From positions 1 to 50,694 of the forward strand of contig CAVOEM010000001.1 in NCBI GenBank assembly GCA_963694575.1: a stretch of DNA of 50,694 nucleotides, given 5' to 3'. This stretch comes from Planctomycetes bacterium UBA1146 (GTDB lineage Bacteria > Planctomycetota > UBA8108 > UBA1146). This document shows, piece by piece, positions 33,933 to 42,710 of the stretch (positions are counted from its first letter, which is position 1; each line of letters opens with the position of its first letter). The position numbers were made by a program, and so were the translations under genes. Below the pieces are notes generated by a model. That model was not told where the DNA came from. It saw nothing but the letters and a program-made list of their open reading frames with translations, and ran no database searches.

Positions 33933-36209
33933 TCAACACGGCTCCCATTCTTCATCCGGTGGGGCGATCGGTGTCACAGGAGCATAGGCGACCACCAACT
34001 GTTTCTCTCCTCCTTGTTCGAAGCGGACCGAGATTCGCTTGGATGCACCGTGCCCCTGGGATTTGACGATGACCCCTCTCCCGAGGATCTCATGACGGAT
34101 CCAGGCCCCCGGATGCAGGCCATCATCCTCATCCTCGGCCGACTCCGAGGGATCAATTCCACTGTTGCTTTGACCCCAGCCACCACTGGAATAGGCCGGG
34201 ACTGCGTTGCGTTCGAAGACGATCGAGGTCCCTTCCAGTTCGGTGAAGAAGGAGGATGGCATTCTCGGCTCCCGCTCTTGAAAGCGCCTTCGCCAGCTGG
34301 TGTGGGTCATGCACAGTTCCTTGCGGGCACGGGTGACGCCGACATAGAGGAGTCGGCGCTCTTCCTCCACATGCACCACTTCTCCCTGTCGAGCGTGAGG
34401 AATCAGAGTCTCCTCGGCTCCGGCGATGATGACCCGATCAAATTCGAGTCCCTTGGCGCCATGTAATGTCATCAGAGAAACCTGGCCCTCTTCTTCCTCT
34501 CGCATCTCTGCGTCGGTGACCAGCGCGATCCGCTCGAGAAATAGCGAGAGGGGGTCGATCTCTTGAAACTCAGGATCATCGGACGCACTGGCAGCGACGC
34601 TGGCGAGAATCTCTTCGGTCTCGGCAGCCGCGGCGACCAGTTCCTCCAGGTTTCGTTCCCGTTCTGGCCACGATTCAGGTTCGGCCTTCTTGAGGAAGGA
34701 GACGTAGCCGCTGGTCTCGATGGCGAGTTTCACTTGATCGGGAAGGGGAGCGTCAAGGTTTGTAGAAAGTTGCTGGATGACATCCTTGAACTGTTCGAGA
34801 CCCTTGCGAGCCTTACCACGGATGGAGGCGAAGTCGCTCTCCTCCCGCAGGTGTTCACCGAGGTTTCTATTCGCATCCCTGGCGGCATCTTGAAAGCGCT
34901 CGATGCTGACCTTGCCGATGCCGCGTGCCGGAGTATTGATGACCCTGAGCAACGCAACATCGTCCCTGGAAGATCGAGCCGCCCGTAGATAGGCGAGGAT
35001 GTCTTTGACCTCCTTGCGCTCGTAGAAGGACATTCCACCGATCACGGCGTAGAGGATCCGGCGACGAACGAACTCCTCTTCCAGGGTTCGCGAAAGTGAG
35101 TTGACCCGGTACAGCACGGCGATCTCGGATGCCGAGCAGCCCTCTTCCATCCAGGTCTCGATATGATCTGCGATTCTCGCGGCCTCACTTCGCTCGTCTC
35201 GTAATTGCTGAACCCTGACCTCGGCTCCATCTGCATTCTCGGTGAATAGTTTTCGCTCGCCAAATTCAGTTCCAGCGAGACGGCCAGCAACCTCGAGGAT
35301 CTGTGGAGTGGAGCGATAGTTCTGATCGAGAGTGATGAAGGAGTGTTCCGGAAAATCCTCCTTGAAGCGGCGGAAGTTGTCGGGACTGGCACCCCTCCAC
35401 GAGTAGATCGATTGGTCGGGATCCCCGGTGACGCACAGGTTCCTGTGCTGCTCCGAAAGTAGTTTGGCGATCATGTACTGCGGGAGATTGGTGTCCTGGA
35501 ACTCATCGATCATCACAAACTGGAAACGATTCCTGAGGTGATCGAGAACATCTGGATGCTCTTGCAGTAACCGAACCACCAGCAGCAGCAAGTCGTCGAA
35601 ATCAACCGCGTCTCGCTCTTCCAGGAGCTCCTGATAGCGATGGAAGATGCGTACCAGTTGTTGTTCATGAAAGGTCGAGGAATCTTCCCCCGCCTGTTCT
35701 GGCGAGGTCATGTGACTCTTCCAGTGACTGATACGGGAGAGAGAGTTGCGGGGGGGGAAGGAAGTCTTGTCGAGTTTTAACTCCTTGAGGATCACGCTGA
35801 CCAGTTGTAGCTGATCGGAACTGTCGTAGATGGAGTATCGGCCAGAGTAGGGTTCGATTCGGTGCAGGTGGCGCCTCAGCAAACGAGCACAGAAGGAGTG
35901 AAATGTGCGGAGGACCGGGGTGCCATCGTCAAGATCGAGAGAGGAAGGGCCGAGGAACCCAGATGTCGGTAGCTGGGATGAACGCTGTGGATCGAGCAGT
36001 TTCAAGGTGCGTCGCAGCATCTCGTCGGCCGCCTTGTTGGTGAAGGTGATCGCCAGGATCGATCCCGGGGTCACCCCCGAGTGAACCAATTCTGCGACGC
36101 GGTGAGTCATCACCCGGGTCTTCCCGCTGCCGGGGCCGGCGATGATGGCCAATGGGCCGAGGTGGGCCGTGACTGCGCTCTGCTGGGCTGGATTGAGTCC
36201 ATCGCTCAT
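33933..36209 (-). CDS. ATP-dependent DNA helicase, UvrD/PcrA/Rep family
   Basis: LNPAQQSAV, AGPGSGKTRV (Walker A), MIDEFQDTN, QNYRS, LMTLHGAKGLEF, VGVTRA. ATG 36209 (MSDGLNPAQQ); the track ORF extends to GTG 36293. Confidence 0.9.
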   Translation of the reverse strand: MSDGLNPAQQSAVTAHLGPLAIIAGPGSGKTRVMTHRVAELVHSGVTPGSILAITFTNKAADEMLRRTLKLLDPQRSSQLPTSGFLGPSSLDLDDGTPVLRTFHSFCARLLRRHLHRIEPYSGRYSIYDSSDQLQLVSVILKELKLDKTSFPPRNSLSRISHWKSHMTSPEQAGEDSSTFHEQQLVRIFHRYQELLEERDAVDFDDLLLLVVRLLQEHPDVLDHLRNRFQFVMIDEFQDTNLPQYMIAKLLSEQHRNLCVTGDPDQSIYSWRGASPDNFRRFKEDFPEHSFITLDQNYRSTPQILEVAGRLAGTEFGERKLFTENADGAEVRVQQLRDERSEAARIADHIETWMEEGCSASEIAVLYRVNSLSRTLEEEFVRRRILYAVIGGMSFYERKEVKDILAYLRAARSSRDDVALLRVINTPARGIGKVSIERFQDAARDANRNLGEHLREESDFASIRGKARKGLEQFKDVIQQLSTNLDAPLPDQVKLAIETSGYVSFLKKAEPESWPERERNLEELVAAAAETEEILASVAASASDDPEFQEIDPLSLFLERIALVTDAEMREEEEGQVSLMTLHGAKGLEFDRVIIAGAEETLIPHARQGEVVHVEEERRLLYVGVTRARKELCMTHTSWRRRFQEREPRMPSSFFTELEGTSIVFERNAVPAYSSGGWGQSNSGIDPSESAEDEDDGLHPGAWIRHEILGRGVIVKSQGHGASKRISVRFEQGGEKQLVVAYAPVTPIAPPDEEWEPC

Positions 36210-36237
36210 CTCGTCTCTCGTCCCTTTCCTCACCGCT

Positions 36238-36249
36238 GGTGAATTCACC
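36238..36249. promoter_or_regulatory. perfect 12-bp palindrome GGTGAATTCACC about 30 bp upstream of the helicase start
   Basis: Read directly. Lies in the divergent promoter region 36210-36532. Confidence 0.3.
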
Positions 36250-36532
36250 GAGGTGATGCTGGAGTCATGGAATAGGACCGTCACGGCGGCCACAATCCGG
36301 ATATTCCCGCTCCTGTGAGGGGCGAGAGGTCTCTGGCGCCATGGTCTCCTCGATCTGGCAGCGCTGCAAGGAGAGCCAGATTGAGATCCCCATCCTGTTC
36401 GTGTTGACTGTCTCCTGTACCTTTCTTATGATCCTGGACTCACTTCCGTAGATCCAGGGGATCTGTATCGGATCCATTCCGAAGCCCCGGGAACACGGAA
36501 TTCAACGCCCGACTTCCATCGAGGAGGCATTC

Positions 36533-37813
36533 TTGGATGCGATGAGCGAAATTTCCTTGCGTGATCTGGTCTTGACGAGGGAAACCTCGGTCGATTTTTA
36601 CCACGAGACACGACAAGGAGTGACCTCCCGAAGGGAGGCGATCGATGAACTCGAGGTGATCCTCGATGACGTCACCGACCCTTTCCGCCGAGGAGTGGTG
36701 CTGGATCTTCTCGGTCGGCGTGAGGAAGCTCGTGAAACCCTGTTCGGGTGCAAGGAGAATATTCTCTGCATGCACTTGCTCGGCAAACTGTTGCTCGAGG
36801 AAGGCTCGTCGAAGAAGGCGCTGAAGATTCTCGAGGCAGGCTGGAAGAGCTGTGGAGCAGGCGAGCCGCGAGTCGGGATGCTGCTCTGCGAGGCGTTGAT
36901 CCTCGAGGACAAGATCGACGAGGCGAAAGTTCTGCTCGGGAGTTTGCAGGTTCAGGATGATCAACCGAGAATTTGTTACCTCAACGGTTTGCTCCATCAG
37001 CATGAAGGTGATTACCAAGATGCACTGGAATCTTACAGCACTGCCGCTGAAGGAAATCCAGATGAGACGAGATTCCTCTTCCGTCTGGGGTACATGCACT
37101 CCCTCTACGGAGATGAAGAGAAGGCGATCGAGGCCTACCGTATGTGCCAGAGGAGCACTCCTCTATACGCCCACGCGATGATCAACCTGGGCGTGCTGTA
37201 TGAGGATTCCGAACGATTCGAAGAAGCGATTACCTGTTACAGGATGGTCCTTCTCTCCAACCCGGATCATGCACGGGCTCGTCTTTACCTGCGCGATGCC
37301 AGTGCTTCGCAATCGATGTACTACGACCGCGACAAAGATAAGGACAACGTCCGCAAGCAGCAGGTCTTGCAGATTCCGGTCACCGAGTTCGAACTTTCGG
37401 TGAGAAGTCGCAACTGCCTGCAGAAGATGGGGATTCACACCCTCGGAGACCTGGTCAGCAAGAGTGAGCCAGAATTGCTCTCCTACAAGAACTTCGGTGA
37501 GACCAGCCTGCAAGAGATCCGAAAGATCTTGAACCAGAAGAAGTTGCGCCTTGGCGAAGGGTCTCGCAGTGACGATACCTTCATGCTTTCGATCGATGGT
37601 GAAGCCGCTTCTCTCCTGGGAGAACCGGTCAGCCTGCTCGAACTCTCCAGCCGAAGTCAGCGTTGCATGGACCGTCTCGGAATCGAGACGATCGCAGACC
37701 TGATGCAACGAAATGAACTCGAACTGGTCAGCCAGAAGAACTTTGGCGTGACTTCGCTCAATGAGGTGAAGCGGAAGCTTTCCGATCGCGGGTTGCACCT
37801 GGCAAACGGCTAG
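36533..37813 (+). CDS. TPR-repeat protein with two RNA polymerase alpha-subunit C-terminal (alphaCTD) domains
   Basis: N-terminal TPR-like repeats. Two copies of the alphaCTD HhH fold: [49 protein letters not shown] and [50 protein letters not shown] 36533 or ATG 36542. Confidence 0.8.
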   Translation: MDAMSEISLRDLVLTRETSVDFYHETRQGVTSRREAIDELEVILDDVTDPFRRGVVLDLLGRREEARETLFGCKENILCMHLLGKLLLEEGSSKKALKILEAGWKSCGAGEPRVGMLLCEALILEDKIDEAKVLLGSLQVQDDQPRICYLNGLLHQHEGDYQDALESYSTAAEGNPDETRFLFRLGYMHSLYGDEEKAIEAYRMCQRSTPLYAHAMINLGVLYEDSERFEEAITCYRMVLLSNPDHARARLYLRDASASQSMYYDRDKDKDNVRKQQVLQIPVTEFELSVRSRNCLQKMGIHTLGDLVSKSEPELLSYKNFGETSLQEIRKILNQKKLRLGEGSRSDDTFMLSIDGEAASLLGEPVSLLELSSRSQRCMDRLGIETIADLMQRNELELVSQKNFGVTSLNEVKRKLSDRGLHLANG

Positions 37814-37822
37814 AGGGGGCGA

Positions 37823-38419
37823 GTGTACGAGTACCTCACTGGCGAAGTGGTTCAGATCTCTGAAGGTCACACTGTGCTCGAGGTAGCGGGGGTCGGCCAT
37901 CGACTTCGTGCACCCTCGGGTACTCTGAGAAAATTGAAGGATGGAGCCACTGCACGGCTGTTCATCTCTCACCGAATCCGCGACGAACAACTGGTGATGT
38001 TTGGCTTTTCTCATCCGGAAGAGCGTGATTTCTTCGACCGAATCTGCCAGGTGTCTGGGGTCGGTCCCGCCAGTGCGCTGGCACTTCTCTCCCATGTCGA
38101 GCAGGATCAACTTCGTACCTCGGTGCTGGAGGGGGATACGACTCCACTGGAGAGAGTGAAGGGGATCGGCAAGAAGACCGCTCAACGAATCGTCCTCGAT
38201 CTTCGAGGTGCTCTGGAGAAAGAGGATCTGATGGCGAGTGCCGGATCCCCTGCAACGATCGGGGTCCCCGAGGGCGCAGCGGCGGATGCCGTTCGAGCAC
38301 TGCAAGTACTGGGCTTTCATATCACCGATGCTCAGGACCGGGTGCGCAAGGTGGTCGGCGACCATCCGAAGGAAAAGAGTGCCGAGCAACTGGTCCGCCT
38401 GGCCAGTCGAGGTCGCTAG
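37823..38419 (+). CDS. ruvA: Holliday junction branch migration complex subunit RuvA
   Basis: MYEYLTGEV..VLEVAGVGHRL, HhH motifs ..VSGVGPASALALLS and VKGIGKKTAQRIVLDL. 198 aa. Confidence 0.9.
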   Translation: MYEYLTGEVVQISEGHTVLEVAGVGHRLRAPSGTLRKLKDGATARLFISHRIRDEQLVMFGFSHPEERDFFDRICQVSGVGPASALALLSHVEQDQLRTSVLEGDTTPLERVKGIGKKTAQRIVLDLRGALEKEDLMASAGSPATIGVPEGAAADAVRALQVLGFHITDAQDRVRKVVGDHPKEKSAEQLVRLASRGR

Positions 38420-38674
38420 CAGGCTTCCCCTTTTCGCGACTCGCGATACCATCCAAGTAGGGACATCCAATCGGCGTCTTCTCAGCGAGATACCGTCAGG
38501 CATCGGTCCGGATGACGCCCTTTCCCCTTGCGGGGAATTACACCCGGTATTGATTACCGGAATTCTCTTCAGAAATAATCCGATCGTGCCGATCCAGACT
38601 CTCAGGGGGGAGTCAGGTCTAGAGCGAGCGCGATGACCCAGGGACTCCATGAGAATCCCCGAGTAAGGTCGTCG

Positions 38675-39415
38675 ATGAACCCAGCCACTGCCCTCCTACT
38701 GCTTCTGGCAACCGCGCTCCACCCTTCCGAGAGCGTCTCCGTGGCACCGCCTCTGTCGCTGCTGGAGATCCAGGAAGATGGGGAGTGGGCGAGGTCACTG
38801 GCCTCGGGCGGAGAGTGGTCGATCGGTCAGGGGGATCGTCATCCTTCCCTCTTCGGCTCCTTCGCCAGCGACTCCAGCCTCGAATGGCAGTCTCACATCA
38901 GTTCCGAGGTGCTCGCGGAAACGGTTCGTGGGGTTCTGCGTGAACATCTGCTCAACGACCCGGAGTACGGTGTCGGAGGGTACGGCACCGAGCTGGCCCA
39001 GATCAGTGGTAGCCACTATCGCACCGGTCAGTTGCACCACAGCGACTCTCTCAATTCCTACCGAGGATTCGACCTGGGACTGGACGATCCTCTTCTCGAC
39101 AGTTCCTTGATCGGGGCTACCATCGACCTGCAGTCGACCGCTTCGAGGGGGCCTGATCGAAATGATCAGATCATGCCGACTCCAGACGAGGCCTACCGCC
39201 CCTACCTTGAGCTGCTGCCCTGGACCCGCTGGGGAAGAGAAGGCACCTCACGGAACTCGAATTTGGGAGGAATCCGTGCCACGGTCGGTCTTGACACTCT
39301 TTCACCCTTCCGCTGCCACTCTCTGCGCTTCTTGCTGACGGCAAACCTCGAAATCGGTGGAGAATCGGGGGTCCTGTTCCAGATCTGTTGGCAGGGGAAT
39401 ACCCGGTCTCCTTGA
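38675..39415 (+). CDS. hypothetical secreted protein
   Basis: Signal MNPATALLLLLATALHPSES at ATG 38675 (the track ORF starts at 38633). No family recognised. Confidence 0.55.
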   Translation: MNPATALLLLLATALHPSESVSVAPPLSLLEIQEDGEWARSLASGGEWSIGQGDRHPSLFGSFASDSSLEWQSHISSEVLAETVRGVLREHLLNDPEYGVGGYGTELAQISGSHYRTGQLHHSDSLNSYRGFDLGLDDPLLDSSLIGATIDLQSTASRGPDRNDQIMPTPDEAYRPYLELLPWTRWGREGTSRNSNLGGIRATVGLDTLSPFRCHSLRFLLTANLEIGGESGVLFQICWQGNTRSP

Positions 39416-39495
39416 CACCCACCCACAACTTCGCCAACATTCGATGCTTGGAGTCGATTCGGGCCGCCGGATCGATTCGAGAATGTGAAATCAGT

Positions 39496-39573
39496 GGTGG
39501 GTGTAGCTCAGTTGGTTAGAGCGCCGGCTTGTGGTGCCGGAGGTCGAGGGTTCGAGCCCCTCCTCTCACCCCA
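39496..39573 (+). tRNA. tRNA-His (anticodon GTG) with encoded G-1 and CCA
   Basis: G(-1)-GTGGGTG-TA-GCTC-AGTTGGTTA-GAGC-G-CCGGC-TTGTGGT-GCCGG-AGGTC-GAGGG-TTCGAGC-CCCTC-CTCTCAC-C-CCA. The extra 5' G opposite C73 is the bacterial tRNA-His hallmark. One T-T mismatch in the acceptor stem. Confidence 0.9.
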
Positions 39574-39590
39574 TAGATCATGAGGGGCGT

Positions 39591-39730
39591 CGGGGAAACC
39601 CGGGGCCCCTTCTTCGATGGGGGGAAACCCAGGCCCCTTCTTCGATGGGGGGAAACCCAGGCCCCTTCTTCGATGGGGGGAAACCCAGGCCCCTTCTTCG
39701 ATGGGGGGAAACCCAGGCCCCTTCTTCGAA
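39591..39730. repeat. 28-bp tandem repeat x5 (GGGGGGAAACCCAGGCCCCTTCTTCGAT), head-to-tail, no spacers
   Basis: Three identical internal copies plus diverged first and last copies. Starts 18 nt after tRNA-His and ends about 30 nt before the arfB stop. Each unit contains G-run/C-run self-complementarity. Confidence 0.95.
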
Positions 39731-39761
39731 GGGACGATGATGGGAGACACGGACAAGAAGC

Positions 39762-40211
39762 TCAGAGCTCATCGCTGAAGTCGCGATTTCGTTCCTGCTT
39801 TCGCCGTGAGCGATTCTTCTTGTCGACCAGCCTCTTCTCCTGACTGCCACGAGTCGGCTGGGTCGCCCTCCTCGAGCGTCTCGGTTTGAGAGCTTCCCGG
39901 ATCAGATCGGCGAGCCGTTGCAAAGCAATCGTGCGGTTCCTCGAGGCGGAGCGCTCCTCGCTGGCGACGATCCGAATCTTGCCGTGGCCGTCGATTCGCT
40001 TGGCAATCCTCGCGGCCAGTTGCTCCTGCTCATCGGGGGAAAATGCGTGAGATGCTGAGGGTGTCCAGCGCAAGTCGATTGCGGTGGCGGAACGATTGGC
40101 ATGCTGGCCTCCCGGGCCACCGCGGGTTTGCTGTGAGATTTCGATTTCGGTCCACGGAATCCAGCGTCCGATACGCCAGTTCAGGCCTCTGGTTTGATCC
40201 GGAGCTTCCAT
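39762..40211 (-). CDS. arfB: alternative ribosome-rescue factor ArfB (peptidyl-tRNA hydrolase, ICT1/YaeJ family)
   Basis: GGQ motif in SQQTRGGPGGQHANRSATAIDLRW and a basic C-terminal tail. ATG 40211 is preceded by AAGGAGG; the track ORF (to 40631) is an over-extension. Confidence 0.85.
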   Translation of the reverse strand: MEAPDQTRGLNWRIGRWIPWTEIEISQQTRGGPGGQHANRSATAIDLRWTPSASHAFSPDEQEQLAARIAKRIDGHGKIRIVASEERSASRNRTIALQRLADLIREALKPRRSRRATQPTRGSQEKRLVDKKNRSRRKQERNRDFSDEL

Positions 40212-40317
40212 CGATCCTCCTTGTCCATCGCTCAGGATAATCGCAGCGACCGAGAAGATCGAGTGGACGCTTGCCGCTGGAGCCGAAGATAGCGATGCTA
40301 TCTGCAGAAGGAGAGCG

Positions 40318-42228
40318 ATGAATTTGTTATGGATCCTGTTTCTGTGGCCGGGGCTGAACCTCACCCCAGCACCCACCAGTGACCTCGTCAGCGACCTGGA
40401 AACCCATCTCACCGTCGGCTTTCCACTCGTGTCCCGTTCTCTGGCGCCGGCACTACCTGCTGCGATCTGTGCACTGGAGTCGGGGGGCTTCGCACTGCTG
40501 ACCGAACGTCCGGCACGCTTGCGCTTCCTCTCTTCGGCTGGAACGCTCAAAGATGAATCGTGGCCCTTGCCGGATTTGTTTTCCAGTCCTAGAGGGATAC
40601 AACCACTCCGCAGAGGACACTTCATCATCATCGATCGTGCCGGTCATGTGGGAGAGATCGACCGCCAGGGAAAACTGGTGAGGATGTTGCCGGGCCCCGA
40701 GGGACGGTGGCAAGCGGGCGCACTGTCGAGGGCTCCTGGAGGAGTGGGCTGGTTGGTCACGGACTTGCTCCACGGACGGTTGCACCAGCTCGACCTGGAT
40801 GGAAATGTGCATCAGAGTTGGAGCGGGTTCATCGAACCGACTGGGGTCTGCTCGGTCGGAGACCACATCTGGGTCAGTGATCGTGGATGGCACCGCCTGA
40901 TCCGGTTTGATCCTCGTTCGCAACAACCGGATCCGCAGCAAGGGATCGGCGACCATGGAGCGGCTCCCGGATTACTCGCTTCGCCGATGGGTTTGTGTGC
41001 AGTCGAGGATCAGTTCCTCTGGGTCAGTGATCGTGACAATCACCGGGTGCAGTTCTTCAACGGCCGTGGCTTCTCGATGCATTACTTCGGGATTCACTCG
41101 ATGCTCCCTCGAGAAGCGATGGGACGATTGCACTATCCGACCGCCGTCGCCTATGACGAGAAGGCGGCGATCGCTGCAGTCATCGAACCGAGCGAGCGCA
41201 GGGTGCAACTGTTCGGGGTGAGGGATCCTGAGGTGGCGGTGGCCGCCGCAGAACTATGGCAGCGCGTCGACCTGGTCTCTCACTATGGACGCTACTGGGC
41301 GATCCAGCCTGGAGGGCGGCTGCTGGTCGTCTCGGAACCGGATTCGGAGCGGCTCTCGGTACTGGTGAGGGATCTGGAGATCCCCTTCGAACTGGATGAT
41401 GTCGGCGGCGCTGGGTCGGCTCCGGGTCGTTTCCGGACACCGATGGGGGTCGATTTCTTGCCGGGGAATGATCCGTCGCGCTGGGTGGTGGCGGACCGAG
41501 GAAATCAGCGACTCCAGATGTTCCAGATCACCTGGAAGGAAAAACCATCGTGGCGTCGAGAGCCCGCCCTGGTGCAATTGGTGCGTACCGTCGACATGGC
41601 CCGGTTGGTTCAACAGCATTCTCCATGGCAATCTTCTGTGCCGCCTCGACTGGCGGCGCTGGCCTGTGGCGAGGGTGGCATCATCGCAGTCGCCGATGAT
41701 GCCAACGAGAGGATCCTGCTTCTCGACCGGAGATTTCGCCCGGTCGGTCAATTCGAGTCGGCCGGACTGTTGAAGGAAGCGACCGCCATCTCGGCGGATG
41801 GAAATGGATTCCTGGTGGCGGATGCCATCGGTGGAGCATTGCTGAGATTCGAACCGGGACAGTTGCAACCGGAGGTGATCGATGGCGACTGCCGGATGCC
41901 GGTCGGAGTCGATCGTCACCCCGATGGTTCCATCTGGTATACCAATGGAGCCAATCATTCGTTGTTGAGAATCCCACCTGGAGGAGGGAAAGCGCAGACG
42001 ATTCTCGGTGGCGGTGGAACCGGAGAGCGACAGTTGTTTCGGCCGCGTGCGGTCCGCATCGATGAGGACGGATCGGTCTGGGTGCTGGATCATGGTAATC
42101 ATCGTGGAGTGGTGATCGATCAGGACGGTGCACTGCGCCACTTCGGAAGTGAACCGTATCTCCCCGATGGCGGGGTCCGGATGCGCCAGTTGAAATTGCA
42201 GCAGAAAAAACTTCAGGAGCAGCGATGA
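40318..42228 (+). CDS. NHL-repeat beta-propeller protein (secreted)
   Basis: Repeated NHL-type blades (..PMGVDFLPG..WVVADRGNQRLQMF.., ..PRAVRIDEDGSVWVLDHGNHRGVVID..). Hydrophobic N-terminus. Confidence 0.75.
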   Translation: MNLLWILFLWPGLNLTPAPTSDLVSDLETHLTVGFPLVSRSLAPALPAAICALESGGFALLTERPARLRFLSSAGTLKDESWPLPDLFSSPRGIQPLRRGHFIIIDRAGHVGEIDRQGKLVRMLPGPEGRWQAGALSRAPGGVGWLVTDLLHGRLHQLDLDGNVHQSWSGFIEPTGVCSVGDHIWVSDRGWHRLIRFDPRSQQPDPQQGIGDHGAAPGLLASPMGLCAVEDQFLWVSDRDNHRVQFFNGRGFSMHYFGIHSMLPREAMGRLHYPTAVAYDEKAAIAAVIEPSERRVQLFGVRDPEVAVAAAELWQRVDLVSHYGRYWAIQPGGRLLVVSEPDSERLSVLVRDLEIPFELDDVGGAGSAPGRFRTPMGVDFLPGNDPSRWVVADRGNQRLQMFQITWKEKPSWRREPALVQLVRTVDMARLVQQHSPWQSSVPPRLAALACGEGGIIAVADDANERILLLDRRFRPVGQFESAGLLKEATAISADGNGFLVADAIGGALLRFEPGQLQPEVIDGDCRMPVGVDRHPDGSIWYTNGANHSLLRIPPGGGKAQTILGGGGTGERQLFRPRAVRIDEDGSVWVLDHGNHRGVVIDQDGALRHFGSEPYLPDGGVRMRQLKLQQKKLQEQR

Positions 42229-42710
42229 CCGAATTTGACAGTGATCCCTCGGCATCATCCGAGAGTCCAGGCTGCATCATCCTGGTGCTGGTGGTCTTCT
42301 CCTTGCTGACCGGACTGTTGATGCTGCTGTTCTTCGCTGGCTGCCAGGCTCCACCCACAGCGGTGGCACCTCAGGGTCCAGGGTGGAAATCGCTGATCAG
42401 CGCCGATGGGACCTACCAGGTGATGCTCTACATTCCCGATCCCACACCACTCAATCAGGAGTTCACCGCCCAAGGTACCGTGTTCAAGGACGGGGAACCC
42501 ATCTCCGAAGATGTCGAGGTGGTGTTCGATGGCGGCATGCCGCAGCACGCCCACGGGTTGGCGGTGCCGGTCGAGACGATCCGTCGTCCGGCGGGAGGAT
42601 TCGCTGCTGCAGGGGTCCGATTCCACATGGGAGGACGTTGGTTACTCACGGTAGATATCATCGAAGGGCCTCATCTGGAACGTGCCAGAGGCTGGGTGGA
42701 GATTCGATGA
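42225..42710 (+). CDS. membrane-anchored YtkA/FixH-like domain protein
   Basis: ATGA overlap with the NHL gene. One TM segment (CIILVLVVFSLLTGLLMLLFFAGC), then an Ig-like domain with DGGMPQHAHGL and FHMGGRWLLTVDI, which fits the YtkA-like pattern. Confidence 0.65.
   Translation: MTEFDSDPSASSESPGCIILVLVVFSLLTGLLMLLFFAGCQAPPTAVAPQGPGWKSLISADGTYQVMLYIPDPTPLNQEFTAQGTVFKDGEPISEDVEVVFDGGMPQHAHGLAVPVETIRRPAGGFAAAGVRFHMGGRWLLTVDIIEGPHLERARGWVEIR

Noticed and set aside
37163-38650. 495-aa minus-strand ORF spanning the RpoA-CTD/TPR gene 3' end and ruvA
   Set aside because: It is antisense to two genes with clear family motifs. Its Arg/Ser/Leu/Gly-rich, motif-less composition is typical of shadow ORFs in GC-rich DNA.
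39591-39730. 28-bp repeats as a CRISPR array
   Set aside because: The units are directly adjacent with no spacers, and no cas genes are nearby. This is a plain tandem repeat.
39531-39850. ORFs 39531..39740 +, 39580..39843 +, 39508..39756 - and 39578..39850 -
   Set aside because: They run through tRNA-His and the 28-bp repeat array. Their peptide periodicity cycles through all three frames of the repeat, so they are artefacts.
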